A stretch of 64,000 nucleotides of DNA from Sphagnum compactum. Taxonomy: Eukaryota. The notes below the pieces were generated by a model. That model saw nothing but the letters and a program-made list of their open reading frames with translations, did not search any database and had not been told where the DNA came from. The stretch lies in contig OZ234494.1 of NCBI GenBank assembly GCA_965153455.1, positions 11,594,001 through 11,658,000 of the forward strand, in the 5' to 3' direction. Positions 1 to 12,272 of the stretch are shown in pieces. The position numbers and the translations under genes were made by a program. Each line of letters begins with the position of its first letter. Position 1 is the stretch's first letter.

Positions 1-249
1 AGTGAAGGAATTCTTAAAAGCCCAACAGACAAGGAAATTACATTAGTATTCAAAAGAAAAACAATGTAAATTGGAGAATATAGTGTTGCAAACTGGGTTA
101 GAGTTTTTATTTGTTGGTTTATGTCGAGAACCTACAAAACCATCGTATTAACATTTGTTTGTAGTCCTCTGGAACAAGGAGTATAATTATTTAAGACACA
201 GATTATTGAGATAAACAAACTCCCGAAAAAACTAACATTCCTATTGCTT

Positions 250-1700
250 CAAAGTGCTGACGGGTGAAGGAGTTGGAAAAGCCAATTGAGCTAAAAGTTT
301 TTGAAACAATTAATTTTGTCAATTGCATGCATGACATGATATGGGCGATGGAGAAATGGGAAGCGCAGTGGGCAGAAAAGCAGGGCTCACTCATATGTGC
401 AAGTTTGACTAGACACGCGTCGATTTACCTGTGATTATGGAGATGATTTGTAATTATTGAGTCATAGAAAAAGCCACAAACTTGAGAGGTAAGGAAGTCA
501 ATTTGACCATTGAAGGCATTGCTAAGGTTTTCAAGTTGCCTTCTATTGGGATTGTAGCAGGAAGGAAAGAAGGTTATAGCACAACCATAGCCAAGTGTTT
601 TATAGGAGGAAAAAAAGAGCATTATGCCCTTTGTTCTGGCTATGTGATTTGCAAAGTCAATGGACCACCGAAGGTCATGAGACTTGAAATTTTGACAAAA
701 ATTCTCACTCTTACACAAGGAAATAAATATGCTCATGGGACACTTGTTGTCGTTATCCAAGCTGTAGAAGAAGGGGAAGTGAATTGGGCAATATGGTTTA
801 CACAAAAACTATAGAATGAGATTTTGGTTGTGCAAAGGAAGGCATGAAATACCTTAATTGGACTAGCCCTTACCATCATAGGAACATACAATCTATCTCA
901 TTTTGTTGGAAATCTAGAGAGACCTATGACAGTAGGAAGAAAATCTCGGTATAATGATAGTATGGTTGTTGTAGAGGTGCATGCTGTAATGCTTGAACAA
1001 AGGTAGAAAAGGACTAGTAGAATTATCAAACCAACTCATCCAGAACAGTCAGAAGTATCTCCAATGCAAGAGGGGGATATCGATAATCTTTCTGTTGATA
1101 AACAAGAGGAATCAACGTCATTGGAACTAGAAATTGAAGCTATTGGAAAAGGTAGCAATATTGAAAAGGGTGTGGCAAATCCAAGGATTTCTAAGGAAAA
1201 AGAAGTGATGGAAGTAGCAATGGAAGTACAAGCAGAGTCTCCGGAAGTTACCACAAGTGTTTTGGAGAAGATCGACATACCGGTTGAGAGAACATAAGAA
1301 AGTGTTCCAACAATATAGATGAATATCAACGAGGAGCAAACTAAGGAGGAAGTGGTTGTTACAAGAGTAAAACAACCAAAGAAAGAAATAGAAAAGGGCA
1401 AAACAATTTTCACTGAGATGACAAAAAAGGAAATTGACAAACCAAGTCAAGTTGATGAGAGTCAAATGTCCTTAGTCATTGCTATGGCAATGTTAGGAGT
1501 GGGAAAAGAATGGGAAGACATTACATATTGATTTTTGTTAGTAATAAAAACAACTTGAGACCGAGAATACCAATAATAGAAGAGGTATAACCAATAGTTG
1601 GAGGAGAACATGAAGATGTAAAAAACAAATTGAAAAGCTTCAAAAGGAAATAGAGGATCAACGTGTTCAAGCTGAAGTCTATTTGCAGCAGAGTAGAATC
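250..1700 (+). pseudogene. Decayed coding-like sequence, probably a transposon/retrotransposon accessory ORF
   Basis: Interrupted + strand ORF pieces (482-814 'RGKEVNLTIEGIAKVFKLP...EVNWAIWFTQKL'; 1064-1297 and 1319-1531 are Glu/Lys-rich) broken by stops. It resembles plant TE accessory ORFs by impression only; no catalytic motif seen. Confidence 0.3.
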
Positions 1701-1989
1701 CATCAGAAGACAGAAGGATCATTGAAATAGATATAAAATTAAAATAAAACACATTTTTTGATGTACATTGGAATTTTTTTATTAAAATATTAAAAAAACA
1801 CAAATTTTCATTTTGCTCTTTAAAAAAAAATTTGTTTTTACGATTTTGAAAATAAATTCTTATAGTATTAATAGATTTATAGGGGGGTTTTCAATTGTAT
1901 TTTCACACAATTTCATGCTATTTGTTTGGTTTTATATGCATGATATAATCTAAAATGAAAGACATTCATTTTTTGTGTCTACTTTACCA

Positions 1990-2585
1990 TTTTTTTATCT
2001 TTTTTCATTCTAATTAACATTACACGCCAATTGCCAAATTTTCATAGCATAGGTCTATGTAGGACAAGATCCTTGCCATAAGTTCCAAATTCTTGTGCCC
2101 ACAATTTTTTCATGACCAATTTCACCAAATGTTGCATTGAATTTTTTAAGGAGTACATAAAAATCCTACAAGAATAATGAGTTTTTTTCAAGCAATGGTC
2201 TAAACCATGATAAGATAATTCCTAAAAAAAGTGTCCCAATTAATCTAACTTGGGAAACATTATTGTGGTGTCAATTAGGTTGTAAGCAGATGAAAAGATG
2301 AACTTGTTGAATAAAACCTTAAAATTTTGACCATCAAATTTCTTAAGCATATTGACTTTAGGTTTTTTTGCGTGTAGTTGTGGAAATGGAATGGCATTTG
2401 AAATCTCATGATGACTTCCATTGGCTTTGTAAAATCATTGGATTTGATCTTGCAAGTCTTGTAAAGTTAGAGTTAAAACTTAAAAGCAATTTGTTTAGAA
2501 TTGAATGTTTGTTTCACAAAGTTCTTGAATTTGTTATTGAAGATTATGAATGTTGCAACATTTGTGGCAATGGAATCTTCCATTG
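1990..2585 (-). mobile_element. Degenerate Ty3/gypsy gag relic (Tcn1/PEG10-like capsid region)
   Basis: Manual minus-strand translation through stops and frameshifts gives 'KKPKVNMLKKFDG..F*GFIQQVHLFICLQPN*..SQVRLIGTL..GIILSWFRPLLEKNS..FNATFGE..IWNLWQGS..TYA..QLACNVN*NE'. This follows the KFDG...LRQG...W pattern of gypsy gag. Confidence 0.7.
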
Positions 2586-5500
2586 TGATTCACTAAGATG
2601 CATGATAAAATATGTCAAAAACAAAACAAATATACAACTTAGAGAAGGATATATGGCTTTGATTAACAACAACTTTATTGCTTGAACAATGCATGTTGCA
2701 AGTTAAACATGAGATGGATTAATAATGTAAGGGTCACAATTTGCATTGGCGAGATTAAAAGGTGCCACATTTGAGACTTTTATTTATTTTATTCAATGGA
2801 ATGTTTTAGAAGTATAATAACCTTTTAGAAAATTTTATTCATCAAGCCTTCTACAAGCCTATGTGGACCATGTCTTTTAAAAGCTTTCATTGATAACATA
2901 TTTAAAAACCCTTTGCCACTTAATTTTTTAAAAAAAATTTACAAATCATTCTTCTAGAAAAGTTTTCTAGAAACTCCCTCTAATTAAATCTTTTAAAACC
3001 TTCTATTAACTATTTTCCTAGAAGCTTCCACTAACTAAGTTTTTTAAAAAGTTATTTTTAATGTTTCTAAACTGTTTATGCATATTCCTTGTTTCTCTTT
3101 ATAAAATTTTAAAAAAATTCTAGAAGCATATTATAAAAAAATCTTTCAAAACACTTCTAAAAACTTGTAAACATATTTTTCAATTTTTTAAAAAAAAAAC
3201 TTCCATAATGTTTAATGTTCATGGCACATGGTTGGTAAGTTTGTTTAATTAGTAACTAATTTGCTTTTTATTTGGTTGCTAGGCTATGAGTTCTTATTTG
3301 GAAATATGTTCCGATACATTGGTGGGAAATGAAATGAAACTTGGTTTTTTATTTGCACAAGGGTGACATTATACACCTAAATTCTAATGATTGTTTGTTA
3401 TAAGAAGTTACAATAATATAAGGAAACATGATATTTATGCATGATTAATTTGCCAAACTTACATGTATCGATTGACCCTTGTGATATGGAATGAAGATTA
3501 TAATGTTTGATTGTGTAATAGATTTCAATAGACCTTTTGATCACCATGTTGGTGTTTTATTATTGTTTTTACCCATATTTGAGACTTTTACAAGTAACAA
3601 ATTTTGACATATTGAATTATCAATCATGTTTTTGAAGCTAACTTGTCCTCTATTTAATCAAATGTTGGTCTCTATTGACTCACAAACTATGCAAATGAGT
3701 TATATTTGTTTACTACCATAGCTTGTTACACATTTGGCTCAAGGATGTTGTAGCTAACAATGGTTCCCAACAAGTACGATTCCAAAAAAAATGGTTGTCA
3801 ACAAGTATGATTCAAATGAACTTACTTTATGTTTTAAAGAATTGAACGACACTTACTTTTCATACTATTCAATAACCAAAAAGACAATTGTGTTCAAACC
3901 TTTGTCATCACCTATTTTACCTTGCACTACATTTAGTCGTTACTTGCACATAAATGTGAAAGAAATGGTAGCCTTTTGATCCTTAAATATTGATTGGGTT
4001 CTCACCACCACGTTATGAAAAAAATTATAATTTAACCATTTAAAAAAAAAGTAAAATTTGGGTAGCCAATGGGAATCATTGACACAAGGACAAATATGCC
4101 ACCTAAGCATACCACCATAAGCACGTGGAAGCCATCCATGTGACTTGGAGAAATTGAAAAAAAAAATCATGGTCTTATATATTTTATATCTTATACTTAG
4201 TGTAAAACCCTAGTAAAAATTTCAATGGTTGTGATTTTGTTTGAAAACAAAAGATGTCACCTTATATGCCTAAGGTGTTATCCTATGTTGAGGTAGAAAC
4301 TTTACTAAGGGTAAGGTGTCCTCCACATACACTAACAAAATTTGACCAATTTTTTACATGTTCTATAAAGCCCTAGGGTGAAGCATTGTCAAAACGAAGG
4401 GCCTACCACTAGGCGGTAGTTGAGTTTGGCCCACATCTTGGGAATGTATTTACCCTTTGGGCCTAATCATAATATATAGGTCATGACGTAGTAGGATTGG
4501 TAGGGATCTTACATCTACTATTTAGGAATGGGAGGAATTTTATGCCTACATATACATATAGGTGTAAGGTGCCTCCCACTCCTAAATAATAGGTGTAGGA
4601 TCCATGTTTTGTGGATATAAGGTGCCTTCTAAATGCGCGAGGAAGTTCCTCACCATTGTTCATTTATTAGAAGCATGGTGTGGGTCATGCTTGACTTATG
4701 GAGCTCCGACACTTTTTACCTTTTTTTTTTGGTAATACTAGGGTGAGGAAGAACATAACTTTTGATGAAGGTCCACCAAAAAGAGTCTAAAAGTGAAATG
4801 GTGTATATTAAAATACCTAGGACAAGGTCATGGATCAAAGGTGCCAAATACATCCACAACTACAAGGCTTAAATAGGGTTTCAAGGGTAATGAAAATGGA
4901 TAGAAAAGTGCCCATTTCCTTAGGCTTGTTTGGCAAACTTAACATTATTTTAGGTCAAAGTTTCATCAATTGGTTTAGACATTATAAAGGAAAGTCATGC
5001 TACAAAAGGAGAGTAGACACAATTAGGATGAACTGAGAGTTGTAGCCAAACAAAAGGTGTTTGGAAAAAAAAGGAGTTAAATTGTCATGTGAATGTTTAA
5101 CACACTTGACATTCATGTGTTACCCTAAAGCATTCAAAATATGTCCCTTGAAACACTAGATTAAAAGTCATATACACATTCAACACAATATGTTAGTAAG
5201 TTTAGGATGTTGAAGATCCGAGTGTCTAATCCTTATAAATCTCTTCATAACTTCTTCTTTCATACCAAGACCAACCCACCATAGCTGAGATCCCAATACA
5301 ATCAAATACAAAAGAACTTAACCATGATTCACGGAACAAAACCAAATACATGATACATGTAAACAATGTGGAAATTGAATGATAGGAAACTAATTGTGTA
5401 AATAGAAATATAGAAGAGTTCAGGAATATCACCAAGCAATAGAATACAATAGAATAGAATAATTACAAGTTGAGGAAGCAAGCAAATGTAATGAGAGCTG

Positions 5501-6947
5501 TAAAGCCTCTGCCTCCGGAGCTGTGAAGCAAAAGGGGTGCAAACTCAACCCATTGGGCATGAGGGTACTTTTACAATGGTACTTACTCAAAGTGTATTGG
5601 AAAGATAGATTCCACAACTATCACATGTTTGCCATGTCGGGTAAGTGGGTAAATATCATCAGTAAATAGGTAGAGAATGTAAGTGTTTACTAGTAACTAA
5701 CTACATGTAGTTAGGTAAGTGAGGCACCAATGTGGATGATTAGTGCATAGCTAATGACTCTGGTTGGTTACGGGACAGAAATAAAATGAAAACATGATTT
5801 CTTATCCAGATATCATCCATTCTGCATGGTGTGTTGATAGGGTGCTGGTTCAAGTTTGGTGGATAAAGTAAATGTTATTACCCGGGATAAAAGGAGGAGA
5901 CTAGAAGCCAAAAAATATGCATTATTTTGTTGCTCTCTTTGCAACTCACAAAAAGCATTGTCAATATTTCACCAAAAGTAAAAAAATAATTTCTTTAGCA
6001 TAATTTGTTTTGGTGGTCCTAGAGAGAAGCAAAAGCCATAAACATGATGTTATCCCCTAGAGCAGCTTTTACTAGACAAACCAAAGTTTTACCATATAAA
6101 CTAACTTTTACATTGTGTAAGTAGTGAAGTCACGACAAATGGTCCAAATGCATTGTAGAAAGCACCTTTTAAAAGTCCAGCTTCCCAAGGATAAGGACAC
6201 CATAGGGATATGAGCTTGGCCCACACAAGATATAGAATATTTTGCCAAGAGTGCTTGCCCACCTGAAACACCTGGGGTCCAAAAGGTCGGCAGTAAACTT
6301 CTTCCTAAACATTAGAGTTATCTGGAAAGTCACTCTGTCTTTGGGCCTGCTTTCACCCCGTATCCCTTCTTTCAGCGGTATCCCCAAAGTAAGGAAATTT
6401 AATTAAATCTCAGTATGAACTGATGAAACTCAGCATTTTTAATGCACAAGGTTGGAGAGTAATCATAGTAATTGTACAGGTAGGAGCAGTGAAAATATAT
6501 GTAGCAGCAGTGGAGGCGCTCAGGAAAAAAAAAAGACAGGATGAAACTCAGTTTACCACCAAATTTGTTGTAAAAATTAGTTTGGGTGCCAGTTATTTCG
6601 CTTTGTAAAATTTTCATTCCCAGTTATGCGTTTGATGCCCTTATTATTATGCCAAAACTGGCCGTTCTCGCCCCCTAATCGCGAGACTTTACGGATAACT
6701 CTATTGTCTCCATAGGAGCGATCAAGGAAAAGAAATCATTGTTTTTCATTTAATGCCCTTGGCATCCTTTGCAGGACGATGGGATGCTTTGTCCTCGGAA
6801 AACTTCAGTTAGTGTTTTGACTTGAACAGAGAATGGATTAAAACAAAGAAGGGACATGTTGATTCTTACTGCAATTTGTTTACAAGGTATCCAAAATTCT
6901 TGGTATTACAATTTCAAGGACAATTTTACCCAAGAAAGCAAATAATA

Positions 6948-7239
6948 GGGGCCAGGGTGACGAAACCAGCACCCATGTCGGTCGCTTTGCCTTTTTGAGT
7001 GAGCCCTCTTAGTGGCCATATTAAGCCCAAAAAATGTTGGATTTGAACTCGGAGACCCTAATTTAATCTAAGCATGGGAAACTTGTAAATAGTTATAAAT
7101 AATTTTAATGAATTTTGGTATTTTTACCATGGTTAATTTAGTCTAAGCATGGGATACTTGGAATATTTATAAATAATTTAAATGAAATTGGGTATTTTTA
7201 CCATGGTACCAATGTGGGTGCTGGTGGTTCACTCAAAGC
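6948..7239. mobile_element. MITE-like element with imperfect TIRs; inverted homolog at 37197-37418
   Basis: Left end GGCCAGGGTGACGAAACCAGCACCCATG and right end AATGTGGGTGCTGGTGGTTCACTCAAAGC are imperfect inverted repeats. It has an internal ~73-bp tandem duplication (7060-7205). The interior aligns by eye with the reverse complement of 37197-37418. Confidence 0.6.
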
Positions 7240-7530
7240 AATTTTGGGTGCTATTGGTTTCCATTAAAAAAGAGGAAAGACCAAAAATAAGGTTCTTCTA
7301 AAGAGTCAAAGAGAATTTCTAAGAAACTAATATTTCCTTAGAATTGGACTAGCCGGGGTACCGCCTCCGTATATAACCTGTTTTGGTGTCTTATATTCAA
7401 GTACTTCTTAGGGTTATTTTTTTTCCTTGCGAGGATCATGATTATTTTGGGATCCATGAAGGAAAGGTAGTTTGTTTTGTTTGTTTGTCATTTTGAGATC
7501 TCCCAAACCACAGTTTGCCTTTTGTCGCAC

Positions 7531-7611
7531 TCTTGGTCAGATTGAAAAGCTCTTGATGAGTAAGGGTGCATTCTTGGTCAGATTGAAAAGCTCTTGATGA
7601 GTAAGGGTGCA
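7531..7611. repeat. 41-bp tandem duplication
   Basis: TCTTGGTCAGATTGAAAAGCTCTTGATGAGTAAGGGTGCA starts at both 7531 and 7572. Confidence 0.9.
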
Positions 7612-7869
7612 CCGAGTTGGTTTCGTAACGTTTCAACCCCCCAGCGGAGAAGTAATTGAACATTGAACATTTCTCCCATTGAGAATTCATTTAAAGCAAA
7701 CTAAAAACTTATAGGGGAAATTGGGCATTCTTTTGGTATCGTTGGAAAGCCCTCGGTTCGCACCCTTTACTCAAGGCGATTTGAAAAAATTAAGACTTAA
7801 GGTAAGGTGTGGGAGATAGTGAATTTTTGAATTATTTTTGTCATAGATATTATTAGTTGGGTACCCAAT

Positions 7870-7902
7870 TCATGGTTGGGCTAACAGCACAAGCTACACT
7901 AG
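7870..7902 (+). mobile_element. Possible Helitron 3' terminus
   Basis: An imperfect hairpin TTGGGCT-AAC-AGCACAA is followed a few nt later by CTAG|T (7899-7903). The 5' end was not located. Confidence 0.35.
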
Positions 7903-8016
7903 TTTACACTACCTATTTTATGAAATGACTTTTTGAGATTATAAAAACACGTTTTCCCATCAAATTTTTGCTACTTACTAGTTTCCTTCATTTACCCTAA
8001 ACCTTAAAAACCCTAA

Positions 8017-8050
<34 letters not shown>

Positions 8051-9204
8051 ATGGGGAAAAAAATGAAATGACCCACCATTTCATTGGGAGAGTTGAATTT
8101 CAAGGTGTAGATAGTTCCCTCCACCCCCTAGTAGCCAATATAAATATATATAAATTAAATTGAATTGTATCTAATCTATTTGAAGCCCTTCATAGCTACC
8201 TACAAACCTACCCTTCCCCCTCTATGTACCTACCTATTGACCTATCCTTAGTACTTACCTCTTCCAATCTTCCTCCCTCCCTCCTTCCTAATCTCCTTGG
8301 GAAAATGGGTTGGTGCACAAAATACCCATCACTTGCTTTGCAAATATGAAATTAATAGTATTTGTAGCTAGTAGAGCACCATTACTAATGTGAGTGAGGG
8401 GGGGGGGGGGGGGGGGAGGGAGGGGGGAGTAGGTTGGGTTGCTAGTAACGTGGTGCAAACATGTTTGTAACCGTTGTGGAGTGGAGTAGTTGTTTGGATG
8501 GGCGTGCGCCTTCAATGCTCATTTTCCTCATTTAATTGCCTTACTAGGTAGTGTGGTAGGGAGTACCTAAATTCAGCCTGGAATTAAAACACAACTCTGT
8601 GTGTCATTAGGAGGGTTTGTGGTCTTTTAATAAATTATTATTAATGAATTTGGGAGCAAGAATTGGGTGCTTATAAATTTTTAATGTATGTGATTCAGGG
8701 TTTTTTTAAATTAATTAATTAATTGATTTGGTCAAGTAGGTGGATAGGCCATCATTTACAAGAGCAATGAGCCAACTTTGGGTAGAGGTCACCAGTGATT
8801 TAAAATAAAAATAAAAATTCACATTTTGTGTTATTGGCTAGCATATCACTAGAGGGGATTTAACATTAAATGGCGAGTCGCAGTGTTTATGTAATACAAA
8901 AACTAGTTTAAAAACTGCTACCAAACTAAAAAAAAGCACAGTCCAAATAAGGCCAAAAAGATCGATTTTTTTCGAAATTTGGCGATTGTTTCAAGCCAAA
9001 AAAATGGAAATTTCACGACAGAATATTCTCTTTTTGTTTTTGATTTGTCTCATTTTGGCGTAATTTGGGGGAAAAAGAAAAAACGCTGGAAGCCACACAG
9101 TAAAATAATGTTTATTTAAAAAACTTCTGGCGACCACATAGGACTCATTGTCTAAATATGGCAACAAGTAACTTTTTTTTTCCCTTCAAAATACCATTCT
9201 TGTG

Positions 9205-9730
9205 TTGTAATTAAGCCATGGTAGTGATGATTAAAGAAGTTTGTGTTATCGTTAAACAGATATTTGTGACCATTAAATGAAGTTTGTATTGCAATTAAGC
9301 CACATTAATGACGATTACTGAAGTTTGTGTTGTGATTAAGCCATTATTTGAGATGATTAAAATAAAGAAGAAGTGGGTTGTGATTAAGCCACATTTGAGA
9401 TGATTAAATTAAAGAAGAGGGGATGGTGACTAAGCCACATTTGAGATGATTAAATTGAAGAAGAGTGGGTTGTGATTAAGCCACAATTGGGATGATTAAA
9501 TTAAAGAAGAGTGGATGGTGATTAAGCCACATTTGGGATGATTAAATTAAAGAAGAGTGGGTTGTGATTAAGCCACATTTGTGATGATTGAATTTTAAAA
9601 AGGTGGGTTGTGATTAAACTTCTTAATAAAAAAGATTAGGCACAAATGAAACGAATTTCATTGAAGACAAAAGGGTAATTAAGCTATATTTGTGATGATT
9701 AAATTAAAGGCGAGTGTGGGTGTAATTAAG
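9205..9730. repeat. 46-bp minisatellite
   Basis: Unit ATTAAGCCACATTTGAGATGATTAAATTAAAGAAGAGTGGGTTGTG. TAAGCC recurs at 9385, 9431, 9477, 9523 and 9569, with more diverged units on both flanks. Confidence 0.9.
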
Positions 9731-10957
9731 CAAATTTTTTGATGGATGAATTAATTGATAAAGTTGGTGATTAAAAGTTTAGGGTAAAAAAATCAATCGT
9801 ACACAAGAAACTTTGGAAAGGGAAGTACCCTATAAAAAAGAATAATTCCTAAAAAACTAAATCATAGCACTTGACTCTTGAGAGATAGGAAACAAAGGAA
9901 GAAAAATAGAGAGAAAAAAGTAAAGTTAATTTAAAAACTTAAATGTGTGTTGTCGTGTTGTGCGAGGAAGAGATGAGAACAACCAAATTTTTTATTATTA
10001 TTTTAAAAAAATTAAAAATCAAAGCATTTGACTTAATAGGAAGAAAGGAAGAAAAATAGAGTGAAAAAAGAGTACTTCAGCTTTAATTTTAAAAAACTTA
10101 ACAAGAAGTTTTTTTTTAATTTTCTCTTGTTTTTGTGGGGGGGTGTTTTCTTTCTTTCAAGTACTTACAAAATGTTAGTACCAACTTTTTTATAAATTAA
10201 AAAATAATAATTTTAAAAAATAAAATAAATAAATCAAAGCAGCACTTGACTCTTGGAGAGATGGAAACAAAGGAAGAAAATTAGAGAAAAAAAGAGTACC
10301 TTGACAAATTGTTGTGGTGTTGTGAGGGGGGGTTTGTGTGTGTTTTGGATTTGCTCGTTGCGGGAGAAGTAAACTACAGTTGCTGGGGAATCGTGAGTGT
10401 AGAGCAGCGTTGCGGCTTGTTTGTGTTATAAGGAATTTCTTGTACAAGAATCCTTAAGAACAAGCTGAGCACTGCTGCTGCTGCAGCTGCTTGTCTTTTC
10501 AATAGATCAGTGTGCTTGAAGTCTGGTTCAGATCGTTGTGGTCTTTTGTTTTTTGTTTTTTTTGTTTTTTGCTGGAAATTACTTCTTCAGCTCTTGCAGA
10601 TGTGATCGGGGTGGTCTTGTTGTGTTTGTTTTTTGCGGATGCTGCTGCAAGCGCTTGTCTGTGAATGGGATCGACCTGCAGTAGCTTGAGTTTTGGAAAT
10701 AGCTGGCTAGCACCTGCAGTAGTTGTTGCTTCATGGAGCTTGTTCGCAGTTGCCAAGACTAGAGAGTCTAGTGGAGTGCAGCATAGCTGCTAGCAACTAG
10801 TGTGTGCAGCAGGCGTGAAGATCCTGTTGCCAGCTTCTTTGAGAAAAGCACTAGGATTGATCAGGGGGGAAGGAGGAGCTGGTGGAGGAGGATCTGGAGG
10901 AGGAGCAGGAGGACAAGGCACGGCTAGCAGCAGAAGAAGGAACTCAGAGATCAAAAC

Positions 10958-11575
10958 ATGGCGGCAGCAAGCTCGCTTACCGTGACCCGAGGGCGTGGGG
11001 AGACGCATCTCTGCAAAGCGTCGTCGGAGGCAACCGGCATAGCGGAGATGGTGGAGAATTATGGAGACTGGGCAGCAGCAGCAGCAGCAGCAGCTTCGAC
11101 GACCGTGAGTAGTACTTTGGAAGAGGAGACTGAGGAGGAGGAGGAGGCGGCGGCCGAGACTTGCTGCAGTAGTTGCTGCCTGTACGAGACTTGTGAATGC
11201 TGCGGACTCAGGGAAGAGTGCACGCCCGCGTACGTGGAGCGCATGAGAGCAATCTCGTGTGGAAGATTCGTGTGCGGTTTGTGCGTGGAGGCTGTGAAGG
11301 AGGAGATGAAGCGAATGGGAGAAGGTACAGCCATGGAGGACGCGCTTCACGCGCACATGAACATGTGCGTGCAGTTCAAGAGTGCTCCCCGACTCGACCC
11401 CGTCGTGCATCTTGCCACCGCTTTGCGCCAAATTCTCAGACGCAGCGTCCAGGAGTCCAGATCTCCCAAGACTACCAAAAGAAAGCCTTGGCCTCGCACA
11501 GGCCTCTCCCGCAGCGCAAGCTGTGTGGATCTCCGAGCCGCACCTGTTCCGTCTAGCGAGACTTCCGCTAACTGA
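10958..11575 (+). CDS. DUF1677 family protein (plant Cys-rich domain), 205 aa, single coding exon
   Basis: Intact GC-rich ORF carrying the DUF1677 pattern 'CECCGLREECTPAYVERMR...GRFVCGLCVEAVKEE...MEDALHAHMNMC..F...P..HLATALRQILRRS' and a C-terminal LSRSASC. Confidence 0.9.
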   Translation: MAAASSLTVTRGRGETHLCKASSEATGIAEMVENYGDWAAAAAAAASTTVSSTLEEETEEEEEAAAETCCSSCCLYETCECCGLREECTPAYVERMRAISCGRFVCGLCVEAVKEEMKRMGEGTAMEDALHAHMNMCVQFKSAPRLDPVVHLATALRQILRRSVQESRSPKTTKRKPWPRTGLSRSASCVDLRAAPVPSSETSAN

Positions 11576-11984
11576 AACCTCTAGTGCTCTCTCTCTGTGT
11601 CTTGCTTGTACAGACCATGCAAGCAGATGGAGCTTCGACAGAACTAGGTCTAGTGCGAGCATAGTTGATCAGTTGGGTGCTTGCAAGCAAACTTGGAGAG
11701 GGGATTTCACGCTCACAATAGCTGGAGCAGTGATGAGAATTTGCACTAGGAATTACAGCTTCAGAACTAGATGGATCAATATGCCTCAGTGCTTCCATCT
11801 AGCTTTAGCTGCAGCAAAACAAGACCAGACGTTGCTGCAAACTGATTGCAAAAGACTGTTGTTGGAAACCGCGAGCCCAGAGGCAGCTGCAGGTCCATCA
11901 TCATGTTCTTCTAGACTATGTACGTTGTTTGCGTAAGAGACTAATTCGTGATGGAAACTTGGATCATGCCTGGCTGTGCAGCTC

Positions 11985-12272
11985 CTGTTCTATTAAACTA
12001 GTTTGCAATGAGAGACTTTGTGCTGCAGAGGATGCAGCGGTTGTTCTTCTTCTAAACTAGTTTTTGCAATGAGAGCCTTTGGGCTGGAAAAGATGCAGCT
12101 CTGCTCATATTGTTCTTCTAAACAATTTTTTTGCAGCTCTGCTCTTTGTGGTGGAAAGGATGCTGCAGCTCTGCTCTTCTTCTTCTAAACTACTTTGCAA
12201 TATGAGACTTTGTGCTGGAATTAAAGGATGCTGCAGGTGCTCTTCTTCTAAACTACTTTGCAATGAGACTTA
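11985..12272. repeat. Imperfect ~60-70-bp tandem repeat downstream of DUF1677 (probable 3' UTR)
   Basis: Recurrent CTTCTAAACTA(G/C)TTTGCAATGAGA..CTTTGTGCTG...GGATGC(TG)CAGC, about 5 copies. Confidence 0.75.

Noticed and set aside
5191-5704. Possible solo LTR (TG...CA)
   Set aside because: No matching TSD, PBS/PPT or second copy was found in the window.
6169-6620. Short ORFs and faint inverted similarity to 37500-37980
   Set aside because: The similarity is too weak to separate from chance in AT-rich DNA, and no protein motif is present.
8398-8430. Poly-G run with G-quadruplex potential
   Set aside because: It is a simple homopolymer with no supporting context, and its length is prone to assembly error.
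9205-9730. CRISPR-like appearance of regular repeats (also 44680-45005 and 58725-59340)
   Set aside because: There are no cas genes and the context is eukaryotic. The 9205 and 58725 arrays are tandem units without unique spacers, and the 44680 motif is irregularly spaced.
10790-11936. Long overlapping ORFs (290 aa on -, 184 aa and 119 aa on +) around DUF1677
   Set aside because: These are shadow frames of a GC-rich CDS with no recognisable domains.
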